A DNA stretch of 32,000 nucleotides from Halomicronema hongdechloris C2206 (GTDB lineage Bacteria; Cyanobacteriota; Cyanobacteriia; Phormidesmidales; Phormidesmidaceae), in assembly GCF_002075285.3 (NCBI RefSeq), contig NZ_CP021983.2:300001-332000 (forward strand), in the 5' to 3' direction. Under the pieces are notes generated by a model. The model ran no database searches. It was given only the letters and a program-made list of their open reading frames with translations, and was not told the DNA's origin. Position 1 is the stretch's first letter, and every line of letters begins with the position of its first letter. Below are positions 1 through 8,406 of this stretch, piece after piece. The position numbers were made by a program, and so were the translations under genes.

Positions 1-2
1 CC

Positions 3-2051
3 CTAGATGGTCGCACTCCCCTGCTGGAGCGCCTGAAGTTCATGGCGATTTTTAGCAGCAACCTAGATGAGTACTTCATGGTGCGAGTGGCGGGGCTAAA
101 ACAGCAAGTAGAAGCCCAGGTCAGCAAACGCACTCCCGATGGCCGCACCCCCAGCGAACAGCTGCGAGATATCAGCCAAACCCTGCGACCCATGGTGTTA
201 GAGCAGCACACTCACTTTCAGCAGGTCCTACGGCTAGAAATGGCCGACCATGGTATCTCCCTGGTAGACTATTCGGCCCTGTCCGATGAGCAGCAAGCCT
301 ACCTGGAAAAGTACTTCGAAGAGCAAATTTTTCCGGTCTTGACTCCTCTGGCAGTAGATCCTGGCCATCCTTTTCCCTACATCTCTAATCTCAGTCTCAA
401 CTTGGCCGTGGTTGTCCGCAATGCCCATACTGGCCGGGAGCGCTTTGCTCGGGTAAAGGTGCCTAAAGTGCTGCCCCGCTTTGTGTCCCTGCCCCCCTCC
501 CTAAAACAGGACCAAGACAAGGCTTCAGGTGAATGGATGGGGGTTCCCCTAGAGCAAGTGATTGCCCACAACCTGGAATTTCTCTTCCCCGGCATGATCG
601 TCGAGGACCACCACACTTTCCGCATTACCCGTAACGCCGATCTGGAAGTGGAAGAAGATGAAGCCGACGACCTGATGCTGGCCATTGAGAAAGAGCTGCG
701 GAAGCGGCGTCTGGGGGGCTCTGTCGTCCGCATGGAAATCGAAGCGAATACTCCCGAGCCAGTGCGCACGACCCTGATGCAAGAAATGGGGCTGACTGAG
801 CATGATGTCTATGACATCGATGGCTTAGTGGGCTTAGGCGATCTCATGACCTTCATGGGACTCCCCCTGGAGGATCTAAAGGACCCCACCTGGAGTCCAG
901 TCGTGCCTAGCACCTTTAAGGCTATCCCCAGCTCCAGCGATGAGGATGACATTAACTTGGATCTAGAAGATGGCACCGATATCTTCCGGCTATTGCGCCA
1001 GCAAGACCGATTGGTTCACCATCCCTATCATTCCTTTGCGGGCACGGTGCAGCAGTTTATCACCCAAGCCGCCCAGGATCCCAAGGTGCTGGCCATCAAG
1101 ATGACTCTCTACCGCACCTCGGGGGACTCTCCCATCATCAGTGCCTTGATCTCAGCCGCAGAGAATGGCAAGCAGGTGGCGGTTTTGGTGGAGTTAAAGG
1201 CTCGCTTCGACGAAGAAAATAATATCAACTGGGCCCGCAAGCTAGAGAAATCCGGTGTCCATGTGGTCTATGGATTAGTGGGGCTCAAAACCCACACCAA
1301 GGTTGCCCTGGCGGTGCGTCGAGAAGGCGACCACATTCGTCGCTACGTGCACATCGGCACGGGGAACTACAATCCGAAGACAGCCCGGTTATATACTGAC
1401 TTAGGACTATTGAGCTGCCGAGCTAATTTGGGGGCTGACCTGACGGATCTGTTTAACTATCTGACGGGATACTCGCAACAGCAGTCCTATCGTAAACTCT
1501 TAGTGGCCCCGGTTAATCTGCGCCAACAGCTAACGACGCTCATTCATCGAGAAATTGAGCGCTGTCAGGCTGGAGAAGCAGGCCGCCTCATTGCCAAGAT
1601 GAATTCTCTGGTCGATCCCGAGATCATCGCTACTCTCTATGAAGCTTCCCAGGCAGGGGTAGAGATTGATCTGATTGTCCGGGGTATTTGCTGCCTCCGG
1701 CCTGGGATGGAGGGGATCAGCGATAACATTCGCGTCATCAGCATCGTCGGGCGTTTGCTAGAGCATTCCCGCATCTTTTATTTCCACAACAGTGGGGATG
1801 AAACCTTTTTGATTGGCAGTGCTGACTGGATGCCTCGCAACCTGGATCGGCGGGTTGAGGCGGTAGTGCCCGTTGAGGATCCGCAGTTGCGCCAGGAATT
1901 AATGACCATTCTGGAGGTGTCCCTGGCGGACAACCGGCAAGCTTGGGATCTCCAAGCTGATGGCTCCTATCGCCAACGGCATCCCGGCGATGAGGCCGTG
2001 CGCAGTTCTCAGGCTATCTTCATGGATATGGCCCTGCAGTCGGCCGAGTAA
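3..2051 (+). CDS. ppk1: polyphosphate kinase 1 (5' end lies outside the window)
   Basis: The frame is open from the window edge (LDGRTPLLERLKF precedes the first Met at 42). PPK1 hallmarks are present: SNLDEYFMVRV near the N-terminus, and C-terminal PLD-like domains with GLKTHTKVALAVRRE, HIGTGNYNPKTARLYTD and LEHSRIFYF...SADWMPRNLDRRVE. These closely parallel E. coli Ppk as I recall it. Confidence 0.95.
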   Translation, partial: LDGRTPLLERLKFMAIFSSNLDEYFMVRVAGLKQQVEAQVSKRTPDGRTPSEQLRDISQTLRPMVLEQHTHFQQVLRLEMADHGISLVDYSALSDEQQAYLEKYFEEQIFPVLTPLAVDPGHPFPYISNLSLNLAVVVRNAHTGRERFARVKVPKVLPRFVSLPPSLKQDQDKASGEWMGVPLEQVIAHNLEFLFPGMIVEDHHTFRITRNADLEVEEDEADDLMLAIEKELRKRRLGGSVVRMEIEANTPEPVRTTLMQEMGLTEHDVYDIDGLVGLGDLMTFMGLPLEDLKDPTWSPVVPSTFKAIPSSSDEDDINLDLEDGTDIFRLLRQQDRLVHHPYHSFAGTVQQFITQAAQDPKVLAIKMTLYRTSGDSPIISALISAAENGKQVAVLVELKARFDEENNINWARKLEKSGVHVVYGLVGLKTHTKVALAVRREGDHIRRYVHIGTGNYNPKTARLYTDLGLLSCRANLGADLTDLFNYLTGYSQQQSYRKLLVAPVNLRQQLTTLIHREIERCQAGEAGRLIAKMNSLVDPEIIATLYEASQAGVEIDLIVRGICCLRPGMEGISDNIRVISIVGRLLEHSRIFYFHNSGDETFLIGSADWMPRNLDRRVEAVVPVEDPQLRQELMTILEVSLADNRQAWDLQADGSYRQRHPGDEAVRSSQAIFMDMALQSAE

Positions 2052-2064
2052 GGGCAGATCCTGG

Positions 2065-2904
2065 CTATGGCAGGCGGCGATGACAGCCACGGTAAAACCC
2101 GTAGGCCAAGCTGCCTAGCAGGGCTAGCCCCAGTAACCCTGCCAGAGGATTTTGCCCAATGCCGGTTAACCAAGGGGAAATGTGGGCTGCTGGCCTGACC
2201 ATATCGGTCACATCAACCACGTAATAGGCTCCCACTAAGCCGCCATGCAAGCCGATGGGTAGGGCCAAGCTCGGGGAGCGGTGGCCTAAGCGGGTGCGGC
2301 GGGCCCAGACAAGGGTAAGCCCTAGTAGGAGTAATCCAACAAATTGAGGCAGGCTGTCGAGAATAGCCGCCAGGGGTCTGAGGTAATGTGCGATCGCAAA
2401 TAGTCCGGCATCACCCCAAAGGGCGACCGCCATAGAATAATCCTGCTCCAGCTCAAACAACAGCCAGCCCCGGAAAAACAGCTCCTCGGCCATCCCCACC
2501 CCTAACCCAACCAAGCACCCCTGCCAGACATAGTGCCCCATTGCCAGTGGCAGCGGTTGTAAGGTTCCCCAGCCTAACCCAATCTGCAGCCCTAATAGCG
2601 CACCAACACTGAGGTACCCCAGGGCCAATCCTACCCCCAGACCAGCCACCATCTTGCCAGGATGATGCAGCCCCAAGGTGCGATAGGGTTGGCTGAGGTC
2701 ATGGATGCGCCGTCCCCACCCAGGCAGTAAGCCCAAAAACACAATATACAGAAGCCCTAAAGCCAATGGCCCTGCTGCCGTCCACCGCTCCTCAACACCA
2801 TATAACGGCAGTCCCAGCGGTAACCAGGCCGCCCCTAAGACCATCAGGAACAGGCCAATCCGAAGCGGTGCTGGCCAGCAGCCCATAGCCCTAAGCAGTT
2901 TCAA
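2065..2904 (-). CDS. CPBP-family intramembrane glutamic endopeptidase (CAAX/Abi type)
   Basis: 279-aa polytopic hydrophobic ORF with the family motifs EELFFRGW and FAIAHY. The start is TTG at 2904 or ATG at 2886. It is convergent with ppk1 with a 13-nt gap. Confidence 0.85.
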   Translation of the reverse strand: MKLLRAMGCWPAPLRIGLFLMVLGAAWLPLGLPLYGVEERWTAAGPLALGLLYIVFLGLLPGWGRRIHDLSQPYRTLGLHHPGKMVAGLGVGLALGYLSVGALLGLQIGLGWGTLQPLPLAMGHYVWQGCLVGLGVGMAEELFFRGWLLFELEQDYSMAVALWGDAGLFAIAHYLRPLAAILDSLPQFVGLLLLGLTLVWARRTRLGHRSPSLALPIGLHGGLVGAYYVVDVTDMVRPAAHISPWLTGIGQNPLAGLLGLALLGSLAYGFYRGCHRRLP

Positions 2905-2924
2905 CCATCCTCTGCCCCTAATTC

Positions 2925-3212
2925 CTACTCATCGGGCTCGATGGAGCTAGTCAATCCCCGCCCCCGTAAGCCTTCACAATAAAACTCGGCATGCTCCAGG
3001 GCGCAGGTAATCACCAGAGCCACCTCCGCCGTATGGGCCTGCATCATAATATCGACCGCCTGGGGCATGGTTAGGCTAGGGACTACCTTCATCAACGACT
3101 CCACCACATGCTCCATTGTGTTGAAGTCATCGTTGTGGAGCAGCACCCGGTAGCGGGGAGCAGGTTTGCGAATTGTCGATGTTGAGGAGCGTTCAATGGT
3201 CTCAACCGACAC
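2925..3212 (-). CDS. clpS: ATP-dependent Clp protease adaptor protein ClpS
   Basis: 95 aa. The core YRVLLHNDDFNTMEHVVESLMKVVP...QAVDIMMQAHTAEVALV...LEHAEFYCEGL is the ClpS fold signature. The start is GTG at 3212. Confidence 0.93.
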   Translation of the reverse strand: MSVETIERSSTSTIRKPAPRYRVLLHNDDFNTMEHVVESLMKVVPSLTMPQAVDIMMQAHTAEVALVITCALEHAEFYCEGLRGRGLTSSIEPDE

Positions 3213-3433
3213 GGGGTCCCCCTATGTTCACTAAGGTATGGACTTAAAGACGCTAATAGGGCCTAAAGCGACCTTTTCTACGTTGTATCACACTGCTTTA
3301 TCCACGGGGAGCAGCGAGATGGGCAGAACCCTCGTGGACATCGTCTGGGCAGCATTCCCTAGAGGGCTTAGCTGGCCAACGATACAATAGGGCTGCTTAC
3401 CTACATCACGAGTCGCGCGTCCGTCTCTAGGCC

Positions 3434-3826
3434 ATGGCCTTTCGACCTAACCAAATTCTTTATCTAGAACACAATGGCCGGCGTCTCTATGTGGAGGTCA
3501 TTCAGATTATCGAGTCACGCCAAATCTGCTGGGCTAGGCCACTGCTACTGGTCGATGTCTCAGATAGCCAGGAGATGCCAGACGACATCTCCCCTGAGCA
3601 TGGGCTCCATTGCTTACAGGGTGGTCCCGACATTCTCTGGCCCCTGGCCCAATTTCAACCTGCCCTAGATACTGCCCTGCTGCCGCTGCTGGGTTACCTG
3701 ACTCCCTCTGGCGCCTTCCCAACATCGGCCTCTTTTTCCGAGCGTCGCCTCCATCAACCCCTGCGCCAATTTATGGATGCCCTCTGGATGGATCAGCAAC
3801 AGCAGTTCTTCGGGCAGGGTGCCTAA
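3434..3826 (+). CDS. hypothetical protein (130 aa)
   Basis: Longest ORF in this interval, ATG start, divergent from clpS. I recognise no motif. The competing overlapping ORFs are shorter and Arg/Pro/Ala-rich in the way off-frame translations are. Confidence 0.5.
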   Translation: MAFRPNQILYLEHNGRRLYVEVIQIIESRQICWARPLLLVDVSDSQEMPDDISPEHGLHCLQGGPDILWPLAQFQPALDTALLPLLGYLTPSGAFPTSASFSERRLHQPLRQFMDALWMDQQQQFFGQGA

Positions 3827-4018
3827 GGAAAACTCGAGGAAAACTCAGGCACTTACCCATAAACACGGAGAGCCCTACCGCGAAAACCGAGAAAAATCTT
3901 TACAAATTCGCTAAATCACTTCAGAATCCTTCAATATCTATTACAGTGCCCTTAAAGCCCTTGACGCCTATGGCCTATGGTCCTTTCAGCCTTGGGTTCA
4001 GCCTTGGGTAAAGTCCCA

Positions 4019-4216
4019 CTAAGGGCTTGGCACCAACTTAACCCGCCCAGCATCCATCTCACACATGAGCAATTCCAAGGCCTCGAAATCCACTTCCGAG
4101 ACATAGCCAAGGCGACTCAGTTCGCAGTTGATGCCCTGCTCGATATCAGGGGTCAAGCGACGAATGTACAGTGCTCTTTCAACGAGGGTTCGAATGATAG
4201 TCGATGATGCCTGCAT
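4019..4216 (-). CDS. small hypothetical protein (65 aa)
   Basis: ATG-initiated ORF with a balanced amino-acid composition. An overlapping plus-strand ORF (3977..4207) competes with it, so the strand assignment is uncertain. Confidence 0.4.
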   Translation of the reverse strand: MQASSTIIRTLVERALYIRRLTPDIEQGINCELSRLGYVSEVDFEALELLMCEMDAGRVKLVPSP

Positions 4217-4334
4217 ACCAAGAGCCAGCCAAGCTGGTTAGTGTGTAAGGTGCTAGTTATGATTCTCTGATACCGACTCCATCCAGAGCGTGATCCAGCC
4301 ATAAGCTCTTGCGTGATTAGCGTCAAACACTGTG

Positions 4335-4394
4335 GTGATTTAGATCACATTTGCTCTAGTAGTAACGCAGGGCACTGTACGTGATATCACTTAC
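4335..4394. promoter_or_regulatory. two GTGAT/ATCAC inverted repeats in an AT-rich divergent promoter region
   Basis: GTGAT-TTAG-ATCAC at 4335-4348. GTACGTGATATCACTTAC at 4377-4394, whose core GTGATATCAC at 4381-4390 is a perfect palindrome. Both lie 150-200 nt upstream of the STAS gene. Confidence 0.3.
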
Positions 4395-4541
4395 CTGAAA
4401 CTTTAAACAAATCAGAATGGTCATTAAGATTCAGCGAAACAAACGCCTCGGTCTGGGCATCCCCAGCTGAGCAGCTTAACGTCAATGTCATCGGACGGGT
4501 TTGAGTACGGCGACCTCTGTTGTCAGACTTCGCAGGAGTGA

Positions 4542-4874
4542 ATGGGTATGTACAGCTTCGATACTTCTATGATGTTTATGCAGCCTAGCGGTGCTCTCAG
4601 TGCCGCCAATGCCCAAGATTTTTATGGTCAGATGGCTAGCCAGCTACGGTCCGATCCGGTAACTGGCTTAGTTGTGGACATGAGCCAGGTGGAATCTTTA
4701 GACAGTGCTGGCTTAAATGCCTTAGCCTCTGCCTTGCAGCTAGCACAAACTCTGAACAAGACGTTTCGCCTCAAGGCAGTTCCTCCTTCCATTCAGATTA
4801 TTTTTGAGCTGACTCAGTTGGATGGGGTGTTTGAGCTAGCTGATGACTCGGCAGTGCTGCCTGTGGCTGCTTAA
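4542..4874 (+). CDS. STAS-domain anti-sigma-factor antagonist (SpoIIAA-like)
   Basis: 110 aa. VVDMSQVESLDSAGLNALASAL...FRLKAVPPSIQIIFELTQLDGVFEL is the typical STAS pattern, including the DSAG phosphorylatable-Ser context. An AGGAG sequence lies just upstream of the ATG. Confidence 0.85.
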   Translation: MGMYSFDTSMMFMQPSGALSAANAQDFYGQMASQLRSDPVTGLVVDMSQVESLDSAGLNALASALQLAQTLNKTFRLKAVPPSIQIIFELTQLDGVFELADDSAVLPVAA

Positions 4875-5078
4875 CGTTGATATGGTGCAGCCCCAGTGGC
4901 ACGAAATACCTTAGACGTGCTGGCGATTGTTCATCGCCGCTATGCCGTCTCTGGAATACCTGGCAATACTCTCGGAAATGCTCTCGGAGCAAATGATTCG
5001 GGAGTATTTTACTGGCTCTGTTAAGCCGCCAAGGCCCCCGCAGCTATCCGCTATAGTGAAGGCAATGTCGCAAGCATA

Positions 5079-7811
5079 GTGTGGTTAGTTGTCGTGCCCG
5101 TTGCTATCGAATCCCTGATCAATGCGGATGTTGCCAAACCAGCCCGATATTTAGGCAATGAGCTGGGGGCTGTCCATAAACCCTGGCATCAGGCTCAGGT
5201 GCGATGGGCCCTCACCTACCCAGAACTCTACGAGGTGGGCGCCTCTAATCTGGGGCATATCATCCTGTACAGCATTCTCAATGCTCAACCTCGGCAACTG
5301 TGCGATCGCGCCTATTTGCCTGCTGCCGATTTAGTGACTAAGCTGCGGCAAAGCGGGACGCCTCTGTTTGCCGTCGAGTCCCGTCGCCATCTGCTCGAGT
5401 TCGACATTCTCGGTTTCAGCCTCAGCTACGAACTAGGGGCCACCAATCTGCTAGAAATGCTAGATCTGGCTCAGATTCCGTTGACCTGGCGAGAGCGACA
5501 GCAGGCGGGTCCCTGGGCCGTAGACAGCGGCAGTTGGCCCCTGATCTTTGCTGGGGGGCAAACGGCTACTTCCAATCCTGAACCCTACGCCGATTTCCTG
5601 GACTTCGTTGCCCTCGGGGATGGGGAGGAATTACTGCCTGAGATTGCCCTAGTGGTAGAAGAAGGCAAAGCCGCCGGGCTCAGTCGTCAAGACCTACTGC
5701 TCGATCTAGCTCAGGTGCCAGGGGTGTACGTACCCCAGTTCTATGACATGGCCGCCGATGGTTCCGTGTATCCCAACCGCCCTGATGTCCCGGCTCGGGT
5801 CGTGCGTCGGGTGGCAACACCGATGCCAGAGTATTCCATCGGCTTAGTGCCCTATGTCGAAACTGTCCATGACCGCCTCACGGTGGAAATTCGCCGTGGC
5901 TGCACCCGCGGCTGCCGCTTCTGCCAGCCCGGCATGCTAACCCGTCCCGCCCGGGATGTGTCGCCAGACAAAGTGGTAGACACCATTGAGCAGGGTCTTC
6001 GAAAAACTGGCTACAACGAGTTCTCCTTGCTCTCCCTGAGTTGCTCCGATTATCTGGCCCTACCTTCCCTAGGTGTAGAGGTGAAAAATCGGCTGCAACA
6101 GGAGAATATTTCCCTGTCCTTGCCCAGCCAGCGGGTTGACCGCTTCGATGAAAATATCGCTCACATTATCGGCGGTACTCGTCAAACCGGGCTGACATTT
6201 GCCCCGGAGGCTGGTACCCAGCGGATGCGAGACATTGTCAATAAGGGCCTAACCAACGAAGAGCTACTCCGGGGTGTCAAAACCGCCTATGAGCAGGGAT
6301 GGGATCGGGTGAAGCTCTACTTCATGATTGGTCTGCCGGGTGAGACCGATGTGGATGTCTTGGGGATTGCCGAGACCGTACGGTGGCTGCGGCAAGAATG
6401 TCGCCAGCCAGGACGCAAGGCTCTGGCGGTGAACCTGACCATTTCGAACTTCACCCCCAAACCCCATACCCCCTTCCAGTGGCATGCCGTGTCTACCGCC
6501 GAGTTTGAACGGAAGCAAGCCCTGCTTAAAGAAGAGTTTCGCTCCCTACGAGGGGTCAAGATGAATTTCACGGATGTGCGCATCTCGGCCATGGAAGACT
6601 TTGTCGGTCGCGGAGATCGTCGTCTAGCCGCTGTAGTGCATCGGGCCTGGCAACTGGGGGCGGGTATGGATGCCTGGTGGGAAAGTCTAGATCGGGCCTT
6701 TGCCGCTTGGACCCAAGCCATTGACGAGGCGGGGCTGAGCTGGAAGTATCGGCAGCGAGAGCAGGACTGGAACACGCTGGAGGCAGGCGAGCAGGCTGCA
6801 AGCCTGGAGGCTCCCTTGCCCTGGGACCACATCGATACCGGCATCGATAAAGCGTGGCTGCAGGCCGATCTGCGCCGGGCCTTGGCGGCCGCCACTGTGC
6901 CCGATTGTTCCTTTGAGGGCTGCTCCCACTGTGGGGTCTGTGGCCCCGACTTCGGCCACAACGTGGTGGTGGCGCCACCGCCAATTCCCACCTTTGAGGG
7001 ACACTTTACCCCGCCCCAAGAGCGGGTGCAGCGGATTCGGGTGCGCCTGGGTAAGCAGGGCAATCTCACCTTGCTCAGCCATTTGGATTTGATGCGGTTG
7101 CTGGATCGAGCCGTACGCCGGGCTGCCTTACCTCTGGCCTTTACGGGAGGGTTTCATCCGGGCCCGCGAATTTCTGCGGCCAATGCCTTACCCCTGGGGG
7201 CCACTAGTGCCGGTGAAATCGTCGATTTTGAGCTGACCTCTCCCTTAGCGGTCGCAGCCTTTTGCCAGCGGCTAGGGGCAGAACTGCCCTCGGAGCTCCC
7301 TATTCATGAGGCTGCGGAAGTATCTTTGTCGGCGCCGTCGGCGACCAAGGCCTTGGCGCAGGCTGAGTATGTGATCACGGTGGCAGGGGCCGACGAGGTT
7401 GCGATCGCACCAGCAGAGTGGGCGGCCTGGGTCGCTGCCGTCAAGGCGGCCGATAGGATAATCTGGGACCATCGGACTAAGTCGGGCAAGTTGCGGCAGG
7501 TCAATCTGTGCGATCGCCTCGATAGCCTTGACCCGATAGCGGCTCCGTCTCCTCAGGACCTGCCACCCCAGAGCCACCTCAGCGATCCAGCCCATCAGGC
7601 CCTGATTCGCTATGGGGGCAGTTGTCGCAATGACGGCAGCCAACTGCGCCCCGACCATGTGGTCTTCATGCTAGAGCAGGTGAGCCAACGGCCCCTACGG
7701 CTCTGTCACATCCATCGTCAACGGCTTATCCTTACTCCTACGCCGGGAGATTCTACCCATGCAGCTGAAATGGTTACGGCCTCGGTTACGGCTTCTTTGG
7801 GGACCCATTAA
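5079..7811 (+). CDS. radical SAM protein (TIGR03960-like, B12-binding-type N-domain) fused to a DUF2344/TIGR03936-like C-terminal domain
   Basis: 910 aa. N-terminal KPARYLGNELG motif, CxxxCxxC cluster in EIRRGCTRGCRFCQPG, and a C-terminal half beginning RIRVRLGKQGNLTLLSHLDLMRLLDRAVRRA...PLAFTGGFHPGPRIS. The start is GTG at 5079 or 5094 and is not resolved. Confidence 0.9.
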   Translation: MWLVVVPVAIESLINADVAKPARYLGNELGAVHKPWHQAQVRWALTYPELYEVGASNLGHIILYSILNAQPRQLCDRAYLPAADLVTKLRQSGTPLFAVESRRHLLEFDILGFSLSYELGATNLLEMLDLAQIPLTWRERQQAGPWAVDSGSWPLIFAGGQTATSNPEPYADFLDFVALGDGEELLPEIALVVEEGKAAGLSRQDLLLDLAQVPGVYVPQFYDMAADGSVYPNRPDVPARVVRRVATPMPEYSIGLVPYVETVHDRLTVEIRRGCTRGCRFCQPGMLTRPARDVSPDKVVDTIEQGLRKTGYNEFSLLSLSCSDYLALPSLGVEVKNRLQQENISLSLPSQRVDRFDENIAHIIGGTRQTGLTFAPEAGTQRMRDIVNKGLTNEELLRGVKTAYEQGWDRVKLYFMIGLPGETDVDVLGIAETVRWLRQECRQPGRKALAVNLTISNFTPKPHTPFQWHAVSTAEFERKQALLKEEFRSLRGVKMNFTDVRISAMEDFVGRGDRRLAAVVHRAWQLGAGMDAWWESLDRAFAAWTQAIDEAGLSWKYRQREQDWNTLEAGEQAASLEAPLPWDHIDTGIDKAWLQADLRRALAAATVPDCSFEGCSHCGVCGPDFGHNVVVAPPPIPTFEGHFTPPQERVQRIRVRLGKQGNLTLLSHLDLMRLLDRAVRRAALPLAFTGGFHPGPRISAANALPLGATSAGEIVDFELTSPLAVAAFCQRLGAELPSELPIHEAAEVSLSAPSATKALAQAEYVITVAGADEVAIAPAEWAAWVAAVKAADRIIWDHRTKSGKLRQVNLCDRLDSLDPIAAPSPQDLPPQSHLSDPAHQALIRYGGSCRNDGSQLRPDHVVFMLEQVSQRPLRLCHIHRQRLILTPTPGDSTHAAEMVTASVTASLGTH

Positions 7812-8406
7812 TCCTGGAGTGAGGGTGCTGGCGGCTGCGGGCCTGCTCCTAGGACTAGGGATACCGGCCTGGAGTCAGACGTCATCCCCCGGGGCCAGTA
7901 CCTGCCAGGTAGATATCCTGGGCTCGGAGTTGGCATGGCGGCAATGTTGGCTGGAAGCCACTCCCCTGTTATCCACAGAAAGCGACGCCACCATCGTCGA
8001 CGAAGACACCCTATCCCTAACGACAATGACCCGGCCCAGCCTCTGGTGGCGTCGAGATCAGCTGCCCTCTCGCTTAGGCGGAGATCGCCTGATCGAGGGC
8101 TGGACAGCCTATCACTTGGTCGACCCGACCATGCAGGTCATCGATATTGACATCAATGGACAGGGCTGGCGGATCCTCACCCTGGCGGAGCGTTATGGCT
8201 TGCTGACCCAGTTTGGCTCAGCGGCTAAAGCCTACGGCTATAACGTGCGGTTATATCGGGGCAGCGATCAGTTTCGAGAGCGATTGGCGCTGTATGTGTG
8301 CGATTTTAGTCACACTCCGGAGCTAGAGGGGCAGACAAGCACAGACTCAGACGCTACGGCCCAAATCCCCTGCAACGCTGAATTGTATGACCCTGGCCAA
8401 CTCTAA
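7759..8406 (+). CDS. hypothetical secreted protein
   Basis: 215 aa with a signal-peptide-like N-terminus (KWLRPRLRLLWG...LAAAGLLLGLGIPAWSQ). The ATG at 7759 overlaps the radical SAM gene by 53 nt. An alternative GTG at 7825 follows GGAG at 7816-7819. Confidence 0.6.
   Translation: MQLKWLRPRLRLLWGPINPGVRVLAAAGLLLGLGIPAWSQTSSPGASTCQVDILGSELAWRQCWLEATPLLSTESDATIVDEDTLSLTTMTRPSLWWRRDQLPSRLGGDRLIEGWTAYHLVDPTMQVIDIDINGQGWRILTLAERYGLLTQFGSAAKAYGYNVRLYRGSDQFRERLALYVCDFSHTPELEGQTSTDSDATAQIPCNAELYDPGQL

Noticed and set aside
6264-7082. Antisense ORFs up to 250 aa inside the radical SAM gene
   Set aside because: They are Arg/Pro/Ser/Ala-rich, carry no motifs, and are entirely nested in a gene with clear family signatures. 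They are a GC-bias artefact.
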